From contig PKYA01000062.1 of assembly GCA_003133545.1 (NCBI GenBank), forward strand, positions 7,135 to 71,134: a DNA stretch of 64,000 nt. The letters are read 5' to 3'. This stretch comes from Acidimicrobiaceae bacterium (lineage in GTDB: Bacteria > Actinomycetota > Acidimicrobiia > Acidimicrobiales > RAAP-2). Positions within the stretch are counted from its first letter, which is position 1; each line of letters starts with the position of its first letter. The position numbers and the translations under genes are program-made. Shown here piece by piece: positions 44,673-53,255 of the stretch. The notes under the pieces are model-generated. The model had not been told where the DNA came from and made no database searches. It saw nothing but the letters and a program-made list of their open reading frames with translations.

Positions 44673-45494
44673 TCACACCTCGAGCTCGTCCAGATCGCGC
44701 GCGACGACGACACCCCCCCTGAAATGGGCGCGGGCCTCGTCTGCCCACTCGTCCTCTGTCCCGGGCCACGGCGCCGGCACCAGGTGGGTGAGCACGAGAG
44801 TCGAGACCCCGGCACGCGCCGCCGTTCCGGCGGCATCTTCGACGCTCGAGTGGTACCCGATGATGTCCTGCAGGCGAGGAGACGGAATCGCCTCCACGAG
44901 CGATTTGCGGATCACGGTCTGCACGTACACGTCCGCTCCCGCCGCCAGCCTGTCCAGGCCGGCGCACGGGACCGTATCCCCCGCGATCACGACCGCGCGA
45001 CCCTCGGCCTCCACCCGGTAGCCGACCGTGGGGTGGACGGGGGCATGATCCGTGGGCTCGGCCATGATCCGCACGGTCCCGTCGTCGAACACGACGCCCT
45101 CGGAGACCTCGGCCACGTCGCAGGTGGGGCGCCAGTTGAGGTCGTCGTGATGGGCCAAGCGGTAGCCGATGTCGTCGTCGAGCATCGTGAGCGTCCGCTC
45201 GACCATGCGGCCCGTCCCCACCGGCCCGACGACACGCAGCGGCTGATCAGTCGGCGACATGGCCCACCGCATCGTCACCACGTCGTTGAAATCGGTGATG
45301 TGATCGCTGTGCAGGTGGGTCAGCAGGACCGTGTGCAAGGTCAGGGGTCCGGTGCCTGCAGCGGCGCAGCGCATGAGCACGCCCCGCCCGCAGTCGAAGA
45401 GGAAGTCGCCGCTGGGCGTGCGCACCAGGTTCGCGGGTCCGGCGCGATTGGGATCGGGGAGTGGGCTTCCCGTCCCCAACGTGATGAGCTTCAT
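44673..45494 (-). CDS. MBL-fold metallo-hydrolase (RNase Z/BN-like)
   Basis: MKLITLGTGSPLPDPNRAG, LLTHLHSDHITDF (HxHxDH), VLTHL. Confidence 0.85.
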   Translation of the reverse strand: MKLITLGTGSPLPDPNRAGPANLVRTPSGDFLFDCGRGVLMRCAAAGTGPLTLHTVLLTHLHSDHITDFNDVVTMRWAMSPTDQPLRVVGPVGTGRMVERTLTMLDDDIGYRLAHHDDLNWRPTCDVAEVSEGVVFDDGTVRIMAEPTDHAPVHPTVGYRVEAEGRAVVIAGDTVPCAGLDRLAAGADVYVQTVIRKSLVEAIPSPRLQDIIGYHSSVEDAAGTAARAGVSTLVLTHLVPAPWPGTEDEWADEARAHFRGGVVVARDLDELEV

Positions 45495-45720
45495 AACAGC
45501 CGTACCCCCCGCGGACCTCGCCGATAGTTGCGATGCAACGCTTTCGCTGCGGAGGGATGTCTACTAGAGAACTCCGACCATCGGAGAACCTGCGGGCGAA
45601 CGGGTTCTTGACCGCGCCGTCATGACCATCCTCTATTCGAAGCCACCCGTCAACTAAATTTCAGTCGCGGTCTAGTCGTGCGGGGCCGAGGTGACGACGC
45701 GTGAAGTCGAGGTGGGGCCG

Positions 45721-46095
45721 ATGGACCAGGAAAATTCCGAGACATCGCCGGGAGAACGTGCGGTGGAGACAGCTCCAGGGGGTGCCCTTGAGCTCGTGCG
45801 CGAGTTTGTCGACGCGATGAGCCATCGCGAGCTCAACCGGGCCGCGTCCTATCTTGCCACTGACAGCTATCTGCGGAACTCCGATCTCTATTTCATCGTC
45901 GAGGATGAATGGGCCTACGCGGGGTCTCCCCAGGTCGTGGATTTGGACACCGAGGTCGTCGTGCGGATTAAGGCGGGCCTCACCGAGAAGCGGAAGGACG
46001 ATCGGCGCGCCGTCCCTGGGCATCAGTTCACCGTTCGTCAGAAGAGCAATGACGGCTGGCGCATCGTAGATATCGAATCGCTCGCGGGGCCGTAG
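45721..46095 (+). CDS. hypothetical protein, possibly NTF2/SnoaL-like fold
   Basis: ATG 45721 preceded by GAGGTGG. ALELVREFVDAMSHRELNRAASYLATDS...GWRIVDIE resembles SnoaL-like proteins. Weak call. Confidence 0.5.
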   Translation: MDQENSETSPGERAVETAPGGALELVREFVDAMSHRELNRAASYLATDSYLRNSDLYFIVEDEWAYAGSPQVVDLDTEVVVRIKAGLTEKRKDDRRAVPGHQFTVRQKSNDGWRIVDIESLAGP

Positions 46096-46132
46096 ATCCC
46101 CACGGCGTGCCTGCCGCGCGCCGTGGACGGGA

Positions 46133-47395
46133 TCACCCTGCGTTCACACCCGGCGGGCACGTCAACCTCGCGCCGGCAAAAGCATGCAACCGTGCCCGTT
46201 GCTCGGACCTGACGGGGCCGGTGAGCACCCACCGCAGTCGCGTGCGCAGCACGAGAGACGTGAAGACCGCCGAGAGCGCTAGGGTGGCGGCGAAGGTCGC
46301 TGCAACTCTTCCCGCCCATCCGATGTGAGGTCCGATCCATATCGCGCCGAGCGCCCAGCGCACGAGGCTTATGAAGAGCACGTGACACAGGAAGATGCCG
46401 CCGGTCAGGCTCCCTAGGTAAACGGCTGAGAACGCAGGAGCGCGCACCCGCCGCTCGTCCCTCTGGGCGCGCTGGTACCACATCCAGGTGGCGCACTCCA
46501 GCCCGGCCACCGCCGCGGTGAACCACAAGAAGGCAATGGGCTGATAGAGATCCGAAGCGCGCCCTGTGGGCGACCCGGTCCAGACCGCGACCAGGTACCA
46601 GAGTGTGGCGACGACGCCCATCGCGGCGGCGGCGATGATAATGGTGCGGCCCCAGCGCTGCACGAATCCTCTGACTTGGTCGAGATGCAGCGCCACCAAG
46701 GCGCCGGCCACGAACTGCTCCTGGTAGGTGATGGGGTCTCTCTCCCATGGCCAAATCGAACCCAGCCGCCGCGTGGCGTCCCCGACCACCCCGAACGATC
46801 CGGGCCAGTGCAGATCGGCGGCGAGCGCCAGGGCGAAGGTGAGGCTGGCGAACATGATGATGCCCTGATGGCGGCTGGCCCGCAGCACCCGGATCAAGAG
46901 TGGCCACACGAGGTAGACCTGAAGGAGCACCACGGCGAAGTAGAGCTGGTAGTAGCCGAAAACGAGGTCGTGCCAGAACAGAGACCCCGCCCGGCTGGTC
47001 GATCCGTGCACGCTGAGGAGCGTGTACACCCAGTAGACGAAGGTCCAGGCCAAGTACGGCACACCGAGTTGCACGTAGCGACGGCGCCAGAACTCCCGAG
47101 TGGACCGGGGCCTGGTGATCTGGGCGTAGGTGAGAAGCAACGCCGACAGGAAGAAGAACGCCGTCCGGCTGAAATGCAGCAACATCACGAAGGCCCATGG
47201 GACGACGATCCCGGCCGGGATCGTCCATAGGAATGAATGCTGGAGCACCACGGCGCCGCAGGCCACGACCCGGTACGAATCGAATTGACCGAGATAGTCA
47301 CCGAAGCCCGGTCGGTTCGGATCGATGCTCGCCTCTGCGTCCGGGTGGGCGCGCCGAGCGTAGGGCGGATCGGTCAAGGCGCGCACCGTGCGCAT
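46133..47395 (-). CDS. acyltransferase family 3 (AT3) integral membrane protein
   Basis: About 10 hydrophobic segments, HFSRTAFFFLSALLLTY, and an overall AT3-like layout. Start taken at ATG 47393-47395 (MRTVRAL). The longer ORF runs to 47491. Confidence 0.75.
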   Translation of the reverse strand: MRTVRALTDPPYARRAHPDAEASIDPNRPGFGDYLGQFDSYRVVACGAVVLQHSFLWTIPAGIVVPWAFVMLLHFSRTAFFFLSALLLTYAQITRPRSTREFWRRRYVQLGVPYLAWTFVYWVYTLLSVHGSTSRAGSLFWHDLVFGYYQLYFAVVLLQVYLVWPLLIRVLRASRHQGIIMFASLTFALALAADLHWPGSFGVVGDATRRLGSIWPWERDPITYQEQFVAGALVALHLDQVRGFVQRWGRTIIIAAAAMGVVATLWYLVAVWTGSPTGRASDLYQPIAFLWFTAAVAGLECATWMWYQRAQRDERRVRAPAFSAVYLGSLTGGIFLCHVLFISLVRWALGAIWIGPHIGWAGRVAATFAATLALSAVFTSLVLRTRLRWVLTGPVRSEQRARLHAFAGARLTCPPGVNAG

Positions 47396-47547
47396 CCTCG
47401 CGGACCCAGCCGAATTCCCCCTTGGAGGCACCTGTGTTTTGATTGAGGCCGCCATCCGTCGTCGGAGCCATGGGATACTGGCCTTCCCCATGGATGCGCG
47501 CGTCGAGGTCGAACTGGCCGACAGGGCGATCGCGGCCTCGTAAGCCC

Positions 47548-48051
47548 GTGGCCGTTCAGATCGCAGTCGTCGGTGGGTCCGAGGCGACGCCTCAGGCGAC
47601 TGCGATGGCCGAGGAGGTTGGGGCCGCTCTCGCCGGCGCCGGAGCTGTCGTGGTGTGTGGCGGGCTGGGTGGGATCATGGCGGCGGCGTGCCGGGGGGCG
47701 AAGTCCGCCGGGGGACTGACGGTGGGGATCCTGCCCGGCACGGACCCTTCGGCTGCCAACGAGTGGGTCGATGTGGTCCTCGCCACCGGCCTCGGCGAGG
47801 CGCGCAATGCCCTGGTCGTGGGCGCGGCCGCCGCCGTTATCGCCATCGGCGGGGAGTACGGCACGCTCTCAGAGATAGCGCTTGCTCTACGCGCCGGGAC
47901 TCCGGTCGTCGGTCTGGGCACGTGGGACCTCACGCGTCCCGACCGCCAGCTGGACCGGGGGATTCAGGTGGTGGCCCAGCCACGCCAGGCGGTGACGACG
48001 GCGCTGTCCCTGGCTTCTGCCCGGGGCGGCGCACCCAAGGGGCCTGCCTGA
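47548..48051 (+). CDS. TIGR00725 / LOG (SLOG-fold) family protein
   Basis: IAVVGGSEA...VVVCGGLGGIMAAACRGAKSAGGLTVGILPG...IAIGGEYGTLSEIALAL. GTG start at 47548. Confidence 0.75.
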   Translation: MAVQIAVVGGSEATPQATAMAEEVGAALAGAGAVVVCGGLGGIMAAACRGAKSAGGLTVGILPGTDPSAANEWVDVVLATGLGEARNALVVGAAAAVIAIGGEYGTLSEIALALRAGTPVVGLGTWDLTRPDRQLDRGIQVVAQPRQAVTTALSLASARGGAPKGPA

Positions 48052-48070
48052 TCACCGGATTCTGCGGCGC

Positions 48071-48086
48071 GCGGGGAGCGCCCCGC
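48071..48086. terminator. GC-rich hairpin (GCGGGG-AGCG-CCCCGC) between convergent LOG and ku genes
   Basis: 6-bp G/C stem with a tetraloop, read directly in the 47-bp convergent spacer. No U-tract, so only a candidate (actinobacterial I-shaped type). Confidence 0.3.
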
Positions 48087-48098
48087 ACGGATGCAGGG

Positions 48099-49037
48099 TC
48101 AGGACGCCTTTCGACGCGGGGTCTTGGTCGCGGGCTGGGGCGTTGCCTTCTTCGCGCTTGCGGCCGCCTTCTTGGGTGGTGCCGACTTCGCAGCCGCAAT
48201 CCGTTTGGCGGGCTTGGCCTGGCGGTCGACCTTGGGCGCCGCCGTCGAGGACTTGGGCCGCCCGCTCGATGCGGCGATGCTCGCATTGAGCGCTTCCATG
48301 AGGTCGATCACCTTGTTGGCCGGCGCAGCCGCGTGCGTCACGATCTTCTTGCCCTTGCTCTTCTGCTCGATGAGGGCTTCGACCTTTTCCCGGTGGGTGT
48401 CCCGGTACCGGGAGGGATCCCACGATCCCTCCATCGATTCGATCAGCATCTCGGCCATCTTGATCTCGCGCTCCGTCGGGTCTTCCACCTCCCCGAGGTT
48501 CGGGAGTTCCCTTGTCGGGGACCGGACCTCATCGGGGAAGAACATCGTCTCGAGTGCCAGCACGTCACCCTGGGGGCGGACCGCAACCAGGTATTCCTTG
48601 TTGCGCATGACCATGGTGGCGATGCCCACCTTGTGCGACTCGGCCATGGCCTTGCGCAACAGGCCGTAGGCGCGTCCGGCGGAGTCCCCTTCGGGGGCGA
48701 GGTAGTAGGTGGCGCGGAAATAGACGGGGTCGATCTCGTCGAGGGAGACGAAATCGGTGATCTCGAGATAGCGGGAGCGCTCGGGTTCGGCCGCGGTGAG
48801 CTCATCATCGCTGAGGATCACGAACTCGCCGCCACCGAGATCAACGCCCTTGACGATGTTGGCCGTCTCGACCTCCTGACCCGTGCGCTCGTTGACTTTC
48901 TTGTAACGGATGCGGTCCGACGTGCCCGCCTCGAACTGGTTGAAATGGATGCCTTTGTCCTGTGTGGCGGGGTACACGCCCACGGGTACATTGACCAGTC
49001 CGAAGTTCAAGGAGCCCTTCCAGATTGCTCGTGCCAT
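48099..49037 (-). CDS. ku: Ku DNA end-binding protein (NHEJ) with Lys/Ala/Pro-rich C-terminal tail
   Basis: MARAIWKGSLNFGLVNVPVGVYPAT...IRYKKVNERTG...VKGVDLGGGEFVILSDDEL...YFRATYYLAPEG...LLRKAM. Tail: AKPAKRIAAAKSAPPKKAAASAKKATPQPATKTPRRKAS. Start ATG at 49035-49037. Confidence 0.9.
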   Translation of the reverse strand: MARAIWKGSLNFGLVNVPVGVYPATQDKGIHFNQFEAGTSDRIRYKKVNERTGQEVETANIVKGVDLGGGEFVILSDDELTAAEPERSRYLEITDFVSLDEIDPVYFRATYYLAPEGDSAGRAYGLLRKAMAESHKVGIATMVMRNKEYLVAVRPQGDVLALETMFFPDEVRSPTRELPNLGEVEDPTEREIKMAEMLIESMEGSWDPSRYRDTHREKVEALIEQKSKGKKIVTHAAAPANKVIDLMEALNASIAASSGRPKSSTAAPKVDRQAKPAKRIAAAKSAPPKKAAASAKKATPQPATKTPRRKAS

Positions 49038-49107
49038 CCCTATAGCTTTACCCAGGTCAGGGGTGATCCACCACCGTGTCACACCCCCTCGCCACACTGG
49101 GGGCGTG

Positions 49108-49509
49108 ATGCACCAGCCGGCAGACATCGATCTGGCCTTCGCCGACCTTGTCCTCCGGGGCCTGGCGGACTTCGATGTCGTCGCCGGCGATGGCGAGGAT
49201 CTATGCCTTGAACTGGCACTTTCCATCTGGATGCGCCGCTGTGGCACCGATCTGGCTGCCGCCAGGGCAACGGTCGTCGCCCTCCCGCCGATGGTCGCCG
49301 AAGCGGGCGGCCTGGAGCCCCGGACCGAGCCGGCCCAGCTCGTCGGAAGGTCGCCCAAAGACGATGTGGTCACTATCTCGCACAATTTGGGGAACGTGCT
49401 GGCCCGGGCCTCCTGGTCGGCCGGGTGCTCCACCGAGGCCGTCATCGATCGGGTCCTCGACCGCCTGGCCCGTGTCGCGCCGGCCGGATCGTCCCGGGCG
49501 GCCGGCTGA
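49108..49509 (+). CDS. hypothetical protein (133 aa), divergent from ku
   Basis: ATG 49108. Codon-by-codon reading shows strong G/C third-position bias. No recognisable motif. Confidence 0.4.
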   Translation: MHQPADIDLAFADLVLRGLADFDVVAGDGEDLCLELALSIWMRRCGTDLAAARATVVALPPMVAEAGGLEPRTEPAQLVGRSPKDDVVTISHNLGNVLARASWSAGCSTEAVIDRVLDRLARVAPAGSSRAAG

Positions 49510-49620
49510 ATTCACGCGGCCGCAGCCCGCGCGCGACGCGCTGTTGACTACCCTGCTTTTCCATAGCGGCCGCGGCGGCCCGCCCCTTCGAGCGGCTGAT
49601 GTCAAGAAGGGAGACAGGCG

Positions 49621-50022
49621 ATGCCTGCCGGGACGAAGGACGACCCTTGGATGCTCACGACGCCACCGGGGACGTCGGAGTACTCCATGTACAAGGACGA
49701 GGACGCCGATCCCCCAGCCCTCGTGTGCCAGGTGGGCTCCACGACCCTCAGGTATCACCTTCGCGCCATAGACGATTTGCATGCGTGGTTGATCGAGAGA
49801 GGGGACTGGGTCCCCTTGGGTGCGGCCGATGAGAAGAAGGACGCGTCGGCGGGCACCGTCGAGGAATGGGGGCGATCGGCCGACAACCCCGTCGGTGGAT
49901 GGTACGGATTGCGCAAGGGCTATCGGGGCCGTTTCGGGATGTACCTCCCGCCGTTGCTCGAAGCGCTCGGGCTCGCCGAGTTGACCCACGATCCCCGCAA
50001 CAATTCGATGCGCGCCATCTAG
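49621..50022 (+). CDS. conserved hypothetical protein (133 aa)
   Basis: AAGGGAG SD 6 nt upstream of ATG. MPAGTKDDPWMLTTPPGTSEYSMYKDEDADPPALVCQVGSTTLRYHLRAIDDLHAWL...GGWYGLRKGYRGRFGMYLPPLLEALGLAE looks like a folded, conserved small protein. Family not recognised. Confidence 0.6.
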   Translation: MPAGTKDDPWMLTTPPGTSEYSMYKDEDADPPALVCQVGSTTLRYHLRAIDDLHAWLIERGDWVPLGAADEKKDASAGTVEEWGRSADNPVGGWYGLRKGYRGRFGMYLPPLLEALGLAELTHDPRNNSMRAI

Positions 50023-50052
50023 GGGGTCACGGACCCTCGCGGGACAACCCAA

Positions 50053-50673
50053 CTAGCGCAGGTGATCTCCGAAGAAGGCGAGCGTCCGGGTCCATGCATC
50101 GGCAGCCGACTCGGCGTGGAAGCTGGCCGACCCGTCGCGCATGAAGCCATGATCGGCGTCGGGGTAGACGATGGTGTCGGGGTGGTGGGCCGCCACCCGC
50201 TCGATCTCGGCTGGCGTGATGTAGGGGTCCTGCCCACCGAAGAACAGGAGGGTGGGGCACCGCGGCGTGCTGAGCTCGTCGGCGATGCCACTCCCGTAGA
50301 AGCCGACCGCCGCCGCGAAGCCCTCGCCGTGCACGGCCGTGTGCCAGGTGTAGCGGCCGCCCATGCAGAATCCGGTCACTCCGATCCGCGCCGCCCCCAG
50401 TCCGCCCAGGGTGTCGGCCGCCGCTTCCACGTCGGCCAGGACCTGCTCCGGCCGAAGCGCGCCGATCAGGGTGGCGAAGTCGGCCGCCTCGGTTCCCCCG
50501 TTTCGGAAGAAGAGATCGGGGGCGATCGCCGCAAATCCCTCGCCGGCCAGGCGTTGGCACAGGCGCAGCAACTGGGGGCTGATGCCCCCGCCCTCGTGGA
50601 TCACGACCACTCCGGGCCAAGGGCTGCTGCTTTGCGGGACGGCAAGGAAATACGGCAGTTCAATGGGGGGCAT
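50053..50673 (-). CDS. dienelactone hydrolase family protein
   Basis: PGVVVIHEGGGISPQL...GFAAIAPDLF, nucleophile GVTGFCMGG, and YPDADHGF. Start ATG at 50671-50673. Confidence 0.8.
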   Translation of the reverse strand: MPPIELPYFLAVPQSSSPWPGVVVIHEGGGISPQLLRLCQRLAGEGFAAIAPDLFFRNGGTEAADFATLIGALRPEQVLADVEAAADTLGGLGAARIGVTGFCMGGRYTWHTAVHGEGFAAAVGFYGSGIADELSTPRCPTLLFFGGQDPYITPAEIERVAAHHPDTIVYPDADHGFMRDGSASFHAESAADAWTRTLAFFGDHLR

Positions 50674-50817
50674 ATCGGTGATTGTGGCAGATCCGGCCCG
50701 GCTGCTCCGCCCGCGCGTCAATGGTGAAGAATCTGGGTGGTGCTGTCGATCGCGGCGTCTTCCGTTCGTCGTACTGAGTGAGAAGCCCAAGAGGGCTGCG
50801 AAAGAGAGGAGCACATC

Positions 50818-51165
50818 ATGGCCGAGTATCTCTTCCTGATTTACGGGGACGAGTCTGCGCTGGGCAATGCCGCCGGCGAGGAAACGAACATGATCATGAA
50901 GGGCCACCAGGAATTCGGTGAGCGCAATGCCGCCGCACTCCGGGGCGGCAATGCCTTGCAGCCCACCGCCACGGCGACGTCGCTGCGCCCAGACTCGGGC
51001 GATGGCTTCACCGTGACCGATGGGGCGTTCGCCGAGACCAAGGAGGCCCTGGGCGGGTACTACCTGGTGGAAGCCCCCGACCTCGACGCGGCCTTGGCCA
51101 TGGCCAAGCAGGTGCCCATGCCATCAGGCGGGGTCGAAGTCCGGCCGATCAGGACCTTCGACTGA
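50818..51165 (+). CDS. YCII-related (DGPF) domain protein
   Basis: MAEYLFLIYGDE...TDGAFAETKEALGGYYLVEAPDLDAALAMAKQ is the DGPFxETKE signature. Confidence 0.8.
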   Translation: MAEYLFLIYGDESALGNAAGEETNMIMKGHQEFGERNAAALRGGNALQPTATATSLRPDSGDGFTVTDGAFAETKEALGGYYLVEAPDLDAALAMAKQVPMPSGGVEVRPIRTFD

Positions 51166-51239
51166 GCGACGTCCCCCGCCCTGAGCGCGCCTCTGTCGAG
51201 GCCGCGGTCGCTGACGCGCACCGTCGCGAATGGGCCTTC

Positions 51240-52487
51240 GTGCTCGCCGCGACGGTGCGGGTCACGGGCGACATCGATGTGGCGGAGGAGTGCGTCCAGG
51301 ACGCCTATGCCCGCGCCCTGGCCAGCTGGTCCAGTGACGGCATCCCGGCCAGACCGGGCGCATGGTTGACGACGGTGGCCCGCCGCCGTGCCGTCGACGT
51401 CATGCGGCGAGTCTCCACGCACGGCCGGGCCCTCCCCCTCCGCGTCGAGCCTGTGACGGCTCCCGGCCCGGAGGACCGGGAGCCCCCCGAGATCATCGAC
51501 GACCGGCTGCGCCTCATCTTCACGTGCTGTCACCCGGCCATCAGCACCGACGCGCAGGTCGCGTTGACGCTGCGCCTGCTCTGCGGGCTCACGACCGCCG
51601 AGGTGGCGCGGGCTTTCTTGGTGAGCGAGGCCACCATGGCGGCCCGGATCACCCGAGCCAAGAAGAAGATCTCCGCTGCTCGCATCCCCTTCCGCGTGCC
51701 GCCCGTCGAAGACCTCCCCGCTCGTATCGGTGCCGTGCTCACGGTGCTCCACCTGCTCTTTTCGACCGGACACACCGCTCCCGCCGGCGCCGATCTGATC
51801 CGACGGGACCTGGTGGAACGTTCCCTCGACCTGGCCCGGGTCCTCCGGGCTCTGCTGCCCGGCGATGCCGACGTCGCCGGCCTGCTGGCGCTCATCCTGC
51901 TCACCGACGCCCGGCGCGCCGCTCGGCTGGGAGATGCCGGCCAACTGGTGTTGTTGTCCGACCAGGATCGCTCTTGCTGGGACCAAGACGCCATCAAGGA
52001 GGGCATCTCCCTGTTGGGAGTTGCCCTGCAGCGCCGGCCTCCCGGCCGTTTCGCCCTCATGGCGGCCATCGCCGCGGTGCACGCCCAGGCCCCCTCGTGG
52101 GATGCCACCGACTGGCGCGAGATCCTCGGGCTCTACGACATCTTGGTGGAGATATGGCCGTCTCCCGTCGTCGCTCTCAACCGCGCCGTGGCGGTCGGCC
52201 TCGCTGGCGGACCGGCGGCCGGGCTCGCGGCGCTCGACGCGTTGGGGACGGAGCCGCTCCTTGCCACGTACAGCTATCACGCGTCGGCGCGGGCCGACTT
52301 CCTGCGGAAGTTGGGCCGGACGGGGGAGGCCCGCGCCGCCTACGAAGAAGCACTGCTGTTGAGCGAGAACGAAATAGAGAGGGGGTTCCTGGCTGACCGC
52401 CTGCATGAGATGGAGGCCCAACATCGTGCGGGAGGCGATGGCACGAACCCAGGTCCCTCCCAGCCACGCGCCGGGCGCGACGCCTGA
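51240..52487 (+). CDS. ECF sigma factor with C-terminal TPR-like extension (ECF42-type; the usual partner of YCII genes)
   Basis: Region 2 (EECVQDAYARALASW, PGAWLTTVARRRAVD), region 4 (RLIFTCCHPAISTDAQVALTLRLLCGLTTAEVARAFLVSEATMAARITRAKKKI), and a long helical C-terminus. The true start is probably upstream (about 51162-51200), because SDVPRPERASVEAAVADAHRREWAF reads in frame. Confidence 0.8.
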   Translation: MLAATVRVTGDIDVAEECVQDAYARALASWSSDGIPARPGAWLTTVARRRAVDVMRRVSTHGRALPLRVEPVTAPGPEDREPPEIIDDRLRLIFTCCHPAISTDAQVALTLRLLCGLTTAEVARAFLVSEATMAARITRAKKKISAARIPFRVPPVEDLPARIGAVLTVLHLLFSTGHTAPAGADLIRRDLVERSLDLARVLRALLPGDADVAGLLALILLTDARRAARLGDAGQLVLLSDQDRSCWDQDAIKEGISLLGVALQRRPPGRFALMAAIAAVHAQAPSWDATDWREILGLYDILVEIWPSPVVALNRAVAVGLAGGPAAGLAALDALGTEPLLATYSYHASARADFLRKLGRTGEARAAYEEALLLSENEIERGFLADRLHEMEAQHRAGGDGTNPGPSQPRAGRDA

Positions 52488-52613
52488 CACCATGCATGGT
52501 GCGACAGGGCGCCAGGCACCACTGGCAAAATTTATGAATTTTATGTCGAAGTCTGACGTGGTTCTCGGTGCGTTCCCAGTCCTGACCCAGAGGAATTGTC
52601 CATCCTGTGATGA

Positions 52614-53255
52614 ATGAATCGTGCGCGTGACGAAAGCAACAACATTTGGCTGGTGCGCCACGGTGAGAGCACGTGGAATGTGCGCGGGCTCATCCAAGGA
52701 CAGGCCGACGGCCCGGTACTGACGGCACAGGGCCACCGGCAATCTGCCGAGCTCGTCGAGCGCTTCCGTTCTCGTCGTGTCGAAGCGCTCTACGCCAGTG
52801 ATCTCGTCCGCGCCCAGCAAACCGCGGCCTATGTCGGTTCGCTTCTTGCCCTCCCGGTCCGATGCGATGCAGCGTTACGCGAACGGTGCTTCGGCGCCTA
52901 TGAGGGACTCCCATTGCAGGCGCTCGAGCCCGAGGCGTCCGGCATCGTTGGCATGCAGATCGTCGACCCCTCGGCGCGTCCTCCCGGTGGCGAGTCGCTC
53001 ACGGACGTACGGCGGCGGGTGGCGGGGTTCGTGCAACGGCTGGCGGGCCAGCGGCACACGGGCGACGTCGTCGTGGTCACCCACGGCGGGACCATGCGGG
53101 TCGTGCGCGCGTACTGCACGGGTACGCCCCTGCGCAACGCCGCCTGGGACCCGGTCCCCAATGGCACCGTCTGGCCCCTGCACCCACCGGAGCCCGCTGT
53201 CGTCGTCCCCCATCCCCCGAGCGCACGGAGGGTCATATGCGTCCCACAGCCCTAG
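52614..53255 (+). CDS. histidine phosphatase (phosphoglycerate mutase-like) family protein
   Basis: IWLVRHGESTWN (RHG), SDLVRAQQTA, ERCFGAYEG, VVVTHGGTMR. Confidence 0.85.
   Translation: MNRARDESNNIWLVRHGESTWNVRGLIQGQADGPVLTAQGHRQSAELVERFRSRRVEALYASDLVRAQQTAAYVGSLLALPVRCDAALRERCFGAYEGLPLQALEPEASGIVGMQIVDPSARPPGGESLTDVRRRVAGFVQRLAGQRHTGDVVVVTHGGTMRVVRAYCTGTPLRNAAWDPVPNGTVWPLHPPEPAVVVPHPPSARRVICVPQP

Noticed and set aside
41508-48051. Thoeris-like pairing of the TIR protein with the SLOG/LOG-fold protein at 47548-48051
   Set aside because: The two genes are 4.3 kb apart and separated by four unrelated genes on both strands. The LOG protein is a small stand-alone TIGR00725-type protein without a SIR2, TM or Macro effector part. 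Adjacency-based inference is not justified.
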